A stretch of DNA of 62,338 nt, the filler included, from Dugesia japonica (Eukaryota): NCBI GenBank assembly GCA_001938525.1. It is 5 parts of 5 records of this genome, joined end to end, with 100 filler letters (N's around TTAATTAATTAA, not from the genome) between each part and the next. Parts side by side here need not be neighbours in the genome. Positions count along the whole stretch, not along the records: positions 35,776 to 48,076 come from MQRL01643880.1; positions 48,177 to 62,338 come from MQRL01628998.1; 3 more parts are not named here. The stretch is one strand, 5' to 3'. Below, one piece after another: positions 36,331 through 48,554 of this stretch; positions within the stretch are counted from its first letter, which is position 1; each line of letters begins with the position of its first letter. The notes beneath the pieces are model-generated. The model did no database searches, was not told where the DNA came from, and worked only from the letters and a program-made list of their open reading frames with translations. Both the position numbers and the translations under genes were made by a program.

Positions 36331-37031
36331 ATTTAAATTGAATAAAAAAATTAATAATTTCATGTACTTTTTTATAAACTTACTCTTTAAATATAGTAAA
36401 TTTGCTATTTAATAATTTTAAATATATTTGGTTTCAAAATATTTTTATGAGTATATAGATTTGATTAAATGAATATATTGATCTGAAGAACCCTGCTAAC
36501 AAATCTTATTCGGAAAAGAATTGTGTTGTCTTAGTTATTTCATTCATATTTAGAATATTATTGTTATTAACTCTTTCATTACTCAAATGATGACAAATAT
36601 AGTTAGTGAATACTTTTTTCTTCAGGAATACAAATAAATGCTTTCAATGTTTGGTTTGTTGTGATTGGTCAAATCCATATGACACACATACAACATGAAT
36701 GCAGTCTTCTGTACTTATTTAGTGTGGTATTTTTTGTGTTAGAGAATAATAACTATCTCTATATAATATAAATCTCCAAATTTACAAGAAAGCAGAGATT
36801 AATAAAGGCTTAAAGTATTGAAATTAATATATTTATGATAAATTTATTAATATATATTTGAGTCAGTAAATTCTTTGAAAGTAATGNNNNNNNNNNNNNN
36901 NNNNNNNNNNNNNNNNNNTATCATTATTAGTTTTATGGTTTAGAATTAACAAAGTAAAGTATTACAGAAATGATTTAAAATAAATATTGTAGAAAACAGC
37001 TATTTTTACTTCTATATGACACTTCATTTAC

Positions 37032-37246
37032 CATGTCAGTAATTGAATGGTAAACATATTGATCACCAGCCAAAAAATAACACCAAGTAAAACCATATAT
37101 GATCTTGGGGGTTGGAAGAAAGCAAATATAATTTTAGAATGAGAAAGATAGTCGGAATCAACAAATTTGGATATGTAGTCATTTGCTGTTATCAACAATT
37201 GCAATACACATAATTGAATCCAAATATACATACCTTGAAGGAAGCT
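37032..37246 (-). CDS. Possible exon of an unidentified membrane protein
   Basis: Open frame with two hydrophobic segments between a ttAG acceptor-like site and a TG|GTAAAT donor-like site; no recognised family. Confidence 0.3.
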
Positions 37247-39189
37247 CTAAGTATTGAAAAAAGTTCTTAAATACATTCTTTTTAATATTGGAATTATTTA
37301 AGTTTAAAATTAAGTTTTTTATGATTAAATTGATCAATAATTAAATTAATTAGATTAGATACAAATTTAAGATCATATTTTTTATTAATTTGAAATGGTA
37401 CTCATCCATAAACTGTCATAAGCTGACGATAAAATTTGCCATATAAACAATCGAAGTTTTGGAGGGAAATCGTCTTAAAAATTTGAATTACCATATTTTA
37501 AAGAATTAATAAAATCTCTTTATATATAACAAATATTTGTGCCGATTTCCGGAAAATTTCAAAGTAAATTTTTACGATTTTTATTGGTTATAATATTAAT
37601 GAATAATTCTTATAAGCGAAAGAATAACCGTTAAAGCTTAGAAGCGAAAGTTTTTGTGGCAAACCATATGATTGAATATTATTGAAAAATATGAGTAGAT
37701 AGAAGTTGATATGACAAGAAATTGAAACTCAGACGGTGGTGGTTGAATTACTTACTGACTTTCTTGTCCAAAAGTCATTTGAACTAAAGTGTAAATTGTT
37801 AGTGGAAAATATGAATTTAATTTATATTTTCTTAATTGAGTATTATTTATATTTAATATTATGATGTGCCTTATCAATAAATAATGATTCTATTTGATGT
37901 TCGTTTTATAGATTAATATATTATTTCACCACTTTATTATACATTATTAATGAATTTATTATATGATTTCGTTTATTTATCACGTTGATTTAATTTCATG
38001 AATTTATTTTATTGATTATTTAATTTTATAATTTGTTGGGTCCGCAATTTAACAAAAACTATTAACAGTTAACTTTACTTTGATTTTAATTATTCTTTTA
38101 CCTTGACAATATTTATGACAATTTATTTAACATTTTGATTTCTGATTATGGGTAATTAATCTTTAATTGAAGATTTTAATTTGATTATAGATTTTAATTA
38201 TTATTTTCAATTTTATTGTATTTCTCGGGTTCTATTCATTTGATTTGGATTATAATTTAGTTTTATTTTAATTATAGTTTATAATGATTTAAATTTAATT
38301 TTGATTTATAATTTTTTATTATAATTTTGATTATATTTTAATAATTATTAATTATCTAAAAACTGGGTTAATGAATTTGTCATTTTTGTGTGACATGTCT
38401 TATAATTGTGCTGTTTTTAATAATTTTTATTATTTTTATTGACATTTTGTTGGAAATGTTATCACATAGTTGTGGGTCACTTCAAAAATAAATATCTAAT
38501 GATTTGTAGTCAATTAACCCTTAAAACAATTACTGTAGTAGCCGAGAAGGTGGAAAATCTAAGGTTTGACAGAGGCGAAACAGTAATAATTTTTTTAATA
38601 CTTTAAGTTGTTGACGCCAATTAAAGATGTATTATATTGTTATCGAATAAAAATTTTTAAGGCAAAATTTATTCTGATTTTTTATTTATTATTAAATAAA
38701 TATATTTAAATACAAAACTCATGAAGTTGAGCATTTATAAACTCAACAAATTTTTGCTTTTATAATCTTAGTAATATTAATAACTTTATTATTTAGTTTA
38801 AATCTTAGTAATTTGCGACTTTAGGTCCACCCATGATCTTAGGAATTATAATCTTAATTTGCATTTTAGTTATATTATTTATGTCTTAGTTTATTCATTC
38901 ATATAATTTTTTATGATTTCTTATAAATCATACTAACGAATCACTTTGGATATGCTCGACCTTAAATTTAGGATTAAATTTTAGTGACATCACGTATTAC
39001 TAACCTTCAGATATCAAATAAACAAAAGATACAGATAAATTTCAGAAACAACATCCGAATGATAAATAAACCAGTGGAATGTTTAAAAAACCAGTAATTG
39101 TTAAAAATAATTAAGAAATAAGTGAACTGATAAAACAAAGCCAAAATATTTTACTCATGATGGAATTTTAAAATGTATTATTAGAATGA

Positions 39190-39495
39190 ATGTAATAGTG
39201 CTACCCAAAAATTTGAGACAGGCGATCATGTTACAATATTATGATGACACTCTCGGATGTCATTTATCAAGTCGTAAACGTTATCAAGAATTAAAATGAA
39301 ATATTATTAGAAGACAATGGACCAAGATATTAAAGAATAATGTAAAACATTTGAAACGTGTCTAACCAGGAAAAACACGGGCACAAAAATAAAGGTATCA
39401 CTAAGATCTATGCATGTACCATTAGCACCTAGGGAAATTACAGCAATGGATTTATTGCTCCTCTACCAGAAAAAGTAAACGGAAAATTCTATATC
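39190..39495 (+). mobile_element. Gypsy integrase zinc-finger fragment related to the 20341-21728 integrase
   Basis: IVLPKNLRQAIMLQYYDDTLGCHLS...KYY...ETCLTRKNTGTKIKVSLRSMHVPLAPREITAMD..PLPEKVNGKFYI. Confidence 0.85.
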
Positions 39496-39849
39496 GAATT
39501 ATATTAATTTCGATAAATTTTGAGTTACTTGATATTTTCGAAAAATGTTACCAAATCTAGGAAGACAGCTGTATATATTCGTTATTAAGCATTTTTGCTT
39601 AGGTGATTTTTTAACTTTACAGTCACTTTTACCTACTGAGTTAAATAATACTAAATTCGAGTCCATTGCCGTTAGTTGCGCACATATGTTTGAGTGCTAA
39701 AATCTGAACTTTGAGATTTATTCACCACAAAATTTTATTTATTTCATTTCTACAAATAAATAAGGTTTGGAGTAAAGGTTACAAAGGTCCATAGAGCGGT
39801 AAGGTTTACTAAAGCACACATTTATAAAAATTAAATTGAAACATAAAAT

Positions 39850-39960
39850 TCATTAGGAGCAGAATGTAAAACAGAGCTTGAGAAAAATTACTACAAACTA
39901 TTGAACAACAGTTTGTATCGGAAATCGATAGAAAATGTAAAGAAAAGGAAGAATTTGCGA
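39850..39960 (+). mobile_element. Maverick protein-primed DNA polymerase B fragment (motif B)
   Basis: ECKTELEKNYYKLLNNSLYRKSIENVKKRKN (compare KLxNNSxYGKxxEN). Confidence 0.8.
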
Positions 39961-41303
39961 TCTTCTTGCGAAGAATTATTTTGGTAATATAATATATAGA
40001 ATATACAATTATTTAAAATAGAATGAATGAAAAAAAAATTTGTGTGCCGCGAGAAAATTTATATTTTAGTGTGCCGCAGACTAAAAAAGTTTGCGAGACA
40101 CTGATTTAAATTCCGGTGACCTTTAAAAATAAATTTTGATTTCATTTCGCAAGTATGAACTTGTTCCGATAAATTTAGATTTAAAAAAAGAACACGAACA
40201 AACATGCTCAGTATCAAATAATCGTACTACAGAAGCGGCAATGAATATCAAATTGTAAAATGCCAGTAAATACACACCAACAATGAATTATCAACGGCCG
40301 TAGTACGCATGATTCAAATCTGAAAAAAGCAAATACTAACTGAGAACAATATAGACACACATTGTAAAAAGTAATGATACGTGGCTATGTTTAAATTTGA
40401 AGAAACAAACAATTTAAACTGAATTTAGAAATATGAAACTCGAAGAAAGATGAAAGACGGCGATATACAAAAAGATTTAAAAAACTATTTAAGCAACAAT
40501 AGAATTACTTAAAAAAAAACAAAACTAAATAACTCTGAAAAACTTTAATTCGTTATTTTGAGAACTATTTCGGTTTAATCTCTTAAAAAGANNNNNNNNN
40601 NNNNNNNNNNNNNNNNNNNNNNNNNNNNNNNNNNNNNNNNNTAGAAAATGTAAAGAAAAGGAAGAATTTGCGATCTTCTTGCGAAGAATTATTTTGGTAA
40701 TATAATATATAGAATGGACAATTATTTAAAATAGAATGAATGAAAAAAAATTTGTGTGCCGCGAAAAAATTTATATTTTAGTGTGCCGCAGACTAAAAAA
40801 GTTTGCGAGACACTGATTTATATTTCGGTGACCTTTAAAAATAAATTTTGATTTCATTTCGCAAGTATGAACTTGTTCCGATAAATTTAGATTTAAAAAA
40901 AGAACACGAACAAACATGCTCAGTATCAAATAATCGTACTACAGAAGCGACAATGAATATCAAATTGTAAAATGCCAGTAAATACACACCAACAATGAAT
41001 TATAAACGGCCGTAGTACGCATGATTCAAATATGAAAAAAGCAAATACTAACTGAGAACAATATAGACACACATTGTAAAAAGTAATGATACGTGGCTAT
41101 GTTTAAATTTGAAGAAACAAACAATTTAAACTGAATTTAGAAATATGAAACCCGAAGAAAGATGAAAGACAGCGATATACAAAAAGATTTAAAAAACTAT
41201 TTAAGCAACAATAGAATTACTTAAAAAACAACAAAACTAAATAACTCTGAAAAACTTTAATTCGTTATTTTGAGAACTATTTCGGTTTAATCTCTTAAAA
41301 AGA
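39929..41303. repeat. ~660-bp direct duplication flanking an N gap; each copy includes a hAT/MITE-like terminus
   Basis: 39929-40591 vs 40642-41303 with a few substitutions; aaaagtttgcgagacactg is the reverse complement of a CAGTGTyTCxCAAAC-type TIR, preceded by repeated gtgtgccgc. Confidence 0.85.
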
Positions 41304-42740
41304 ATTATTGATTGATACAGCGAATTTATTGTCAAAATTAGAGAACTCTACATTAACATTTTAGTAAAAATCGAGTATTAAGACAACATTACTATTCAGT
41401 GACTCAAAAATTTGGAAGCATCATTAGTTTTATTCATAAAAACTAATTTAATTTCTGTTGTAATGAGATAATCTACTAGCCGGATATTAGACCTTAATAA
41501 TTAACTATAGCCCATAGAGCCCCGAAAGAATTAATATTAAAATGTGGTTACGAATATTTGATTATGATTTAATGAAAATCCCATTGAAAGAATGGTGGAG
41601 ATCNAATTTNCTATACATCTTTATGATATTCTTTATATTATTTTTATGTTTCAAATATTTATCAATTTGGATTGTAAAGATATTTTAATTTTTGATAATT
41701 ATATTTGACCAATTTTAAAACCTCGTTTTTTACAAATTGATTTTTTTTTAATTGATTTTATCATAGTAATTATATTGTAGGGTTTTAATAGCCTTAATTA
41801 TTTGAATACTAAAGTCAGATTATGACATACATAGGCATAAACAGATTATAATTAAATATTGAATTCATCCGAATTATTGTTATCACTTAAAATGTTATCA
41901 CGATGATATTAACCAATAATTTTTAAAATTTTGTTTTATTACGCTGGATTCAGTTTATAATTAATCTTGATTAGAAGGTTTTAGAATTTTGACTATCATA
42001 AAATTTCAAATTTTTTAATTTAGTTATTTCTCTTATTATAATTAATTTTGAAATTTAATCCCGTTTTAATTTTATAAATAATAATTAGGTTTCCTTAGTA
42101 ATTTAAAAGATAAAATGAAGTTGTTTTAACAATTTGAATTTTAATGATTCAGTTTAATGTAACTCTATCATAACCTAATAACATTTAATAGTTAATTGAA
42201 ATTAGTTGGGTTTTAAACCACTAAGATATGTCGAACGTATTTCGTGAATTAACTATTTGAATTAACTAATACTATTAAAGTTATTGAACTATATTTTGAA
42301 TTTTTGTAAATTTAATTTTTATTCTTCAGTTAGACTCGTTTGTTTGAATTCCTAATTATAATTTTTGTTGTTAATCTCACTCCTTTGTGACGAATTTTAT
42401 ACAATCCTTTTAGTTAAAATATCTCATAGAAATATAAGAAGCGACTAAACTGTATTATTAATACTATCCTCTATCACAGTAGTTATAAGGATTGGACTTA
42501 GCACGTTTTTCTTTAATTATTATAAATGAAATAATGCATATCTTATAATTGTCGATACTTTTACCAATAACTCGGAGTGAAATAAATAAATATGATTGGA
42601 TTATTATAAGTAGAATTATGATCATCGAAAAACAGTGGCAAAATTCATCACTAAGAGTCGTTATAGAAATGGCGATTATAGAGAAATTTTCGCTGATAAC
42701 GCTTAAATTTATGACAATAAACTACAAAAAATATTTTAGA

Positions 42741-43217
42741 ATGTCTAAAAAATTTACCTTCGACGAAGCTCAGAAGACACTATCTGGATGGTCGTTCAAC
42801 TCTACACCGCCGAATAATTTACCGCATTTGTGGGATTCAGTGAATGATTACCGTTGCGATGCTGAACCATGGTGGATGTTTCAGGATCGATTGAGACTAG
42901 CGAATATGTAACTTGCAGATAAAAATGAAGTTATCAAAAAACTGCAAATCACTATTACAAAGCTTAAAGCAGAGCCACTACAGGACCGAGTTTATCAAGA
43001 CACATCATTGACAGGATTGTTGATTAGAGTCGCTCAACTTCTTCGTCAGTCACCTACACCATCGACCCCCGAAATGATACCGGGAAGACTATTGAACGAG
43101 CACCAAAAAGCGTCTGAACGCCTAGTTGCGAAGGTGGAAGAATCATTAGCGATTCTTGAACCACACGAACTCGTTACGGAAATCAAGAACACATCAATGA
43201 AGGAAACAGAAGTTTAG
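42741..43217 (+). pseudogene. GC-richer orphan ORF (158 codons, one internal stop), possibly an LTR-element accessory ORF
   Basis: ORFs 42549-42911 and 43008-43217 share a frame; MSKKFTF...PWWMFQ...*LADKNEVIKKLQITITKL coiled coil. Confidence 0.4.
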
Positions 43218-43395
43218 AGTTTGATACGATATCAAGCATTTTGTTGTGGACAGAGAACATATAATGATGAAATAATGATGATATTNNNNNNNNNNNNNNN
43301 NNNNNNNNNNNNNNNNNNNNNNNNNNNNNNNNNNNNNNNNNNNNNNNNNNNNNNNNNNNNNNNNNNNNNNNNNNNNNNNNNNNNNNNNNNNNNNN

Positions 43396-44260
43396 TGTTT
43401 CTTCTTGTGAAGTGTAGAAATGTAGCATGTTCCTAGTGTTCTCCATGTTATGTAATGTTATTGTTGTTCTGGTGAAATGTTGTGTTTGTGTTGAAAGTGT
43501 TTAAAGGTTTCACTTTCTTTTTATTTCAGGTGATTTTTAATTTTTGTTCGGATAGTTCTGCATGTTTCACCTATATTTGTTTCTTGACAAATAGTGNNNN
43601 NNNNNNNNNNNNNNNNNNNNNNNNNNNNNNNNNNNNNNNNNNNNNNNNNNNNNNNNNNNNNNNNNNNNNNNNNNNNNNNNNNNNNNNNNNNNNNNNNNNN
43701 NNNNNNNNNNNNNNNNNNNNNNNNNNNNNNNNNNNNNNNNNNNNNNNNNNNNNNNNNNNNNNNNNNNNNNNNNNNNNNNNNNNNNNNNNNNNNNNNNNNN
43801 NNNNNNNNNNNNNNNNNNNNNNNNNNNNNNNNNNTTTGTATTTAAAGATAAATTATATTTTGATATAATTTTTTTTGGGTAGCCATTATTTAAAAATTTA
43901 TTTTTTATCAACTTGAGAGAAATCAATTTCATTTTTTCATTTGAAGGTGTCTCTCAGCTCGAATTCTTTCACCTTTAATTATACCAATTTTCTGGCAGAT
44001 GGTAGTATTACTACTCCAAGGTAATATATGTCAACTGTTAAATGGTTTCATAAATAATTGGGTAGTTAATATTTCACCAGATTTCTTTTGAATTAAAGTG
44101 TCCAGAAAATTAGGAATTTGAAAGTCAATTGATTTCTCTAAAGTGAATTTAATGTTATCATTTATACTATTGGCTAATTCTAAANTGTTNTTTAAAGGAG
44201 AATTAGTAAAAAAGAAAATATCATTATCGATGTCTCTAAACCATAGATGAATTTTCTTGC
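43396..44260 (-). mobile_element. Penelope-like element: RT C-terminus/thumb and GIY-YIG endonuclease remnant
   Basis: WFRDIDND...NIKFTLEK...IPNFLD...FMKP...ILPWSS...IKGERIRA..NNGYP; CQETNIGETCRTIRTKIKNH. Confidence 0.88.
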
Positions 44261-45149
44261 TTGATTTGAATAATTATTTGATTTTCAATCAAGTGACCAT
44301 TTTGTTTTCAAAAATTTTCATCTTGATTTCTTTTAACATTATGCATGGGTTTTCTTCAACTATTTTTTCAATGTTGAATATTTACTCAGACAATTTCCCT
44401 TTTCTTCTATCGACTCGATTTCTTTTAATTAATTACAAATTCAGTTTTTGTAGAGATTTATTATGAATATGGCGGTATTTTTAATTCTTCTAAAATTTTG
44501 ATTTTCTTTAACTATTTTTTGTAATCTGTCCAATTTGATATTTACAGTTTCAAAATAAGAAGATTGAATTACTAATAACATTATTCGGTGGTACTCAAAA
44601 AAAATATGTTCCAAATTTCAGTTATTAATTATTAAAACAAAATAAATACATCGGATTGTTCTCTTCACGAATAGAGAACATAAGTCGCGATCTAATAGCT
44701 TTACTATTAATATTTATCCATGAATCCAAATTACCTCTTACACAAATTGGCTCCCTTAAATAAATCGATAAACAACAACTTAATCTAAGTTGACCTCGAT
44801 TTCAATTAAAAGTATCTGATTAATTAACAAGTTTCACTAAAGAATCAAATAGTAAATTATTATTTAAAGCTTTCAAAATGTCGTGAAATTATTTATTAAA
44901 CTAATATTTATTCAGTGTTCCTCCAAAAATTGATTTATTCTTATATTTTCACATGTTATTTCAAAACTGTTTGTGCTACAAAAAACATTTTTATGAGTTG
45001 TCCAGTTGGATTTTACATGGAATCCTGCTTTTTTATATTTTGAAAACAAAATAGTCACAGCCAGTATTTTTAATGATTTGTTAGCTTTGCGAATATCATT
45101 AAAAATGGTACAATAAACTGGCACAATTCACTTTAATCACTAGGTTCCA

Positions 45150-45530
45150 GAAAAACGAAAGAAAATAGTTGTTATTAATGAATCTAGATTTAATAACCAT
45201 CTTTGCAGAACTGAGGCTCAGTTAAAGATAAATATTCCTGCTGATATAGTTTTACCGATTGTGATAGGACGAAATGTTTCATTCATTGAGGTTATGAATT
45301 TACATGGGATCCTGGGTTTTCAAAGAATTTCAAACACGGCTGTTAATTCAAACATTTTATTATCTTTCTTGAATAATTATTTACCAAGCTGATATCGACA
45401 AAACTCATGAGGTGCGTGATTAAGTTAGTGAGACAACTTACAGATTAATTTTTCTTTCTACATACTCTACAATGTTGAATCCAATTGAAGAGGTTTTTGT
45501 CAAAAATAAAATTGTCTTAGAGAAATTTGT
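45150..45530 (+). mobile_element. IS630/Tc1-like transposase remnant
   Basis: IVVINESRFN...GRNVSFIEVM..HG...FLNNYLP and a frameshifted FLxTYSxMLNPIEEVF-like motif. Confidence 0.7.
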
Positions 45531-45559
45531 TATCGGATTCACAATCTAATGAAAACCTA

Positions 45560-45880
45560 GCAAGTACAACTCAAACATTATATAATCTGATTTTTAGCTT
45601 ACTTTACACTAATTGCCCAACAACTTTAAAAGAGTTTGCTGACTACATAAAAATCAATTATATTGCACATTTGAATGTATTGAGGAATGATAAGTACAAT
45701 AAGAATTTGGAATTGTTATTCTTCGGTCTTGTCAGTTGAAAAAGAACGAATAATGTGGATAGGTGGCATTCCGAATTTCAAAGAATTATTTCTACCAAAT
45801 TTCCATCAATTTGGAAGTGTTTAGAATTTATTCGAAGGGATGATAACGACAATGGCAACTTAATAAGAAAAGTACTTTAT
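45560..45880 (+). mobile_element. MULE transposase C-terminal remnant
   Basis: EFADYIKINYI...RTNNVDRWHSEFQRIISTKFPSIWKCLEFIRRD. Confidence 0.75.
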
Positions 45881-45999
45881 ACAAGAAAGAAGTTGCTCTT
45901 GCAATCACCTCTTCAGGAATTACGGCAACGTAAGAATGGAAAAAGGGAAGACTTATTCATTATTCTCTTAAGTTACCACTTGATATTGCAAGACAAGAA

Positions 46000-46800
46000 A
46001 ATCCTACGTGCAACATAATCAAAGTAAATGGATGTTACAAATGCTAAACGCATGTGAATTAATCGTATGGGTTTAAAGGAAAAGAGGCAANNNNNNNNNN
46101 NNNNNNNNNNNNNNNNNNNNNNNNNNNNNNNNNNNNNNNNNNNNNNNNNNNNNNNNNNNNNNNNNNNNNNNNCTGGTCAACTCCAAAAAGAAATACCAAA
46201 GAGGAAAATTTATGGAAAGACTATGCTATGCATCTGATGAGACCTTAAGGGTGTGATATATCATGAGATGTTAAAACCTGGTCAGACGGTTATTGGAAAC
46301 ATGTACCGAGATCCAGAGGCAAAAATACATGAAGCAAGTAGTAATGAACTCGTGAAATATCTGGACAATTTAGCTTACATTTTAAGTTACTATACTTTAA
46401 TAATAAGTCCTATATTGATCTTAATTATGTGTATCGTAGTTTTGTTTTCTGTTGACAATAAAACACAACGTTCGACACAAACCAAATTTACACTGAAAAG
46501 GATTATCTTGACTGTTTGGTGATCAATAACTGGCTTGATACGTCACAATTTTTTAAATTCGAGAGAAGCTTCTACCGCAGAGAAATTCTGCGAACAAATT
46601 TCAGAGATACAAATCAGCTCGGTATTGATCAAAACAGAGGGCGCGATTAACCCACAAAACCTCTTGCCAACAGACTACTTCCATTTTTCTTAAAGTATCT
46701 GGAGAACTTCTTACACAAGAAGTTCTTTAGAAACCGAGCTGATCCTGAAACAACCTTCGACGAGTTCCTTGACTCGAAATATACGATTTATAGTGAAATC
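46000..46800 (+). mobile_element. Mariner transposase fragments (two pieces)
   Basis: MLCI**DLKGVIYHEMLKPGQTV...YR; KRIILTVW*S..GLI...FL; LLPTDY.HF..YLENFL..K.F.N. Confidence 0.85.
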
Positions 46801-47706
46801 AGAACTTTCAAGAAAAAATCACCTTTTGGAAGTAAGTAAATACGACTGCTTTTAGATGTTAAAAGTAAAGTAACAGAGAATTATTTATCGGTATAACAAC
46901 GAAGATGGGTGAAGAATTAAACGATTTGTGTGAAAACAATGCATTTGATCGTACAAATTTGTTACAGTTTTGGTTGTTGGTACAAAATACATATCCGGCT
47001 TTACACATCACATATTTATACATTAAATATATTGGCGGGCTGTTGAAAGATAACTTTTCATTTAATCAATAAAATTATACATTGTAATTATTTTGGTGCA
47101 GTTTTATATTATCTTATACCATTAATTAGTTTTTATACATTTTGTCTGCGGATCGAGAAGTATGTCCCGTCATTAGCGAACCCTAATTTTACTGGCATTC
47201 AAATATCGGAAATGGGCTAAAAAGTCAATTTTAAATGAGCACATTGACTAAATCATAGCCAAATCGCTTTTAGTTTAATTTCATTTAAAATCTAAAATCA
47301 GGTTGTAAAATGTTTGCACGCCTGCCATAAGATATCTACGTTTACTTCTCTATAATAATTTTATTTAATTTTCATTTAAATATTAAATTATACACTTAAT
47401 AATTGAAATTTTAATATTATTTTTTGTTAATGAAATAAAGTTGCGATGTACCTTTAATCAATAAAAGTTCATAAAAAGCAACAATTAGAAAACAATTATT
47501 ACTTCTAAAGTGAATTAAATATTTTTACAGGTAATGAAGTCCAAATTATCATTACTTGTAAACGTTTATTAATTAAAAAGGCACCATATAATATTTCTAC
47601 TTTCAGTTTTCTTTTCATTTCGATGTATTTACAAACGTAATTAAAATGCAATATTTTATCGCAACTTACGTTTGTTCACTGCGTGAGCCGTACTTCATAA
47701 ACAGAA

Positions 47707-48021
47707 TTAAAAATTATTCATATTAAAAATATATTCCAAAATTGTGATGTAAACACATAAAAATAATAAATAAAATATTAACCATTCTAAATAATCTTCG
47801 ATATTTCCAATCCAAATCAGATCATTCGGTTGTATTTTATAAAATGTCAAAAATTTGCTATCGTTCAATATAAACCATTTATAAATAATAACGAAATTTT
47901 TGGTATTATAAGAGAATTTTTCTTTTACTATTTCTTTAATATCATCTGCATTCATTAATTCATTAATGTCTACTTCATTGCATGACTCGGATTTACCACC
48001 AATTAGAAGTTTTATTTTCAT
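47707..48021 (-). CDS. Ubiquitin-like domain protein (possibly the first exon, with a donor near 47782)
   Basis: MKIKLLIGGKSESCNEVDINELMNADDIKEIVKEKFSYNTKNFVIIYKWFILNDSKFLTFYKIQPNDLIWIG aligns with the ubiquitin pattern (IF.GK.L.D..TL..Y.IQ....I.L); no C-terminal GG. Confidence 0.7.
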   Translation of the reverse strand: MKIKLLIGGKSESCNEVDINELMNADDIKEIVKEKFSYNTKNFVIIYKWFILNDSKFLTFYKIQPNDLIWIGNIEDYLEWLIFYLLFLCVYITILEYIFNMNNF

Positions 48022-48076
48022 TTATCAAAATAAGTTCAGTTATAATATGTTTAAACAATTACACAATTTCAACTGT

Positions 48077-48176
48077 NNNNNNNNNNNNNNNNNNNNNNNN
48101 NNNNNNNNNNNNNNNNNNNNTTAATTAATTAANNNNNNNNNNNNNNNNNNNNNNNNNNNNNNNNNNNNNNNNNNNN
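48077..48176. other. Artificial scaffold-joining spacer
   Basis: N44-TTAATTAATTAA-N44. Confidence 0.97.

Positions 48177-48236
<60 letters not shown>
48177..48236. repeat. (AAT)n microsatellite
   Basis: Direct reading. Confidence 0.95.
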
Positions 48237-48554
48237 TGTTAGCTGAGTTTGGAATACTCATCGGATCATTAATATCAGAACTCGAATTCATTACAAAATT
48301 TATTAAAACAAAAATTATACATATAAATTTGTTTTTCTCAAACAAATTTAAAACTTCATATTCAAAACGGAAAACCTCAAATATCTGCATCTGCAAAACA
48401 TTTTAAAAATTTTTCTCATGTCAAATTTTAAAAATACATTTTTTAAAAATACATATTTTATCTTATTTTAATTTATCCAAAATTTTTTTAACGTCAAATT
48501 TAAAATAACAATAAATTCCAACTCAAAATACCAAAATTTAATCTGCTTTAAAAA

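Noticed and set aside
38529-38590. Hairpin attactgt...gaaacagtaat resembling hammerhead stem III
   Set aside because: No intact CUGANGA core
39929-41303. 660-bp tandem duplication as a biological event
   Set aside because: Copies abut an N gap; may be uncollapsed haplotypes and cannot be separated from an artefact
46234-46260. CTGATGA hammerhead-like core
   Set aside because: No GAAA partner; it is the mutated WWD codons of a mariner transposase
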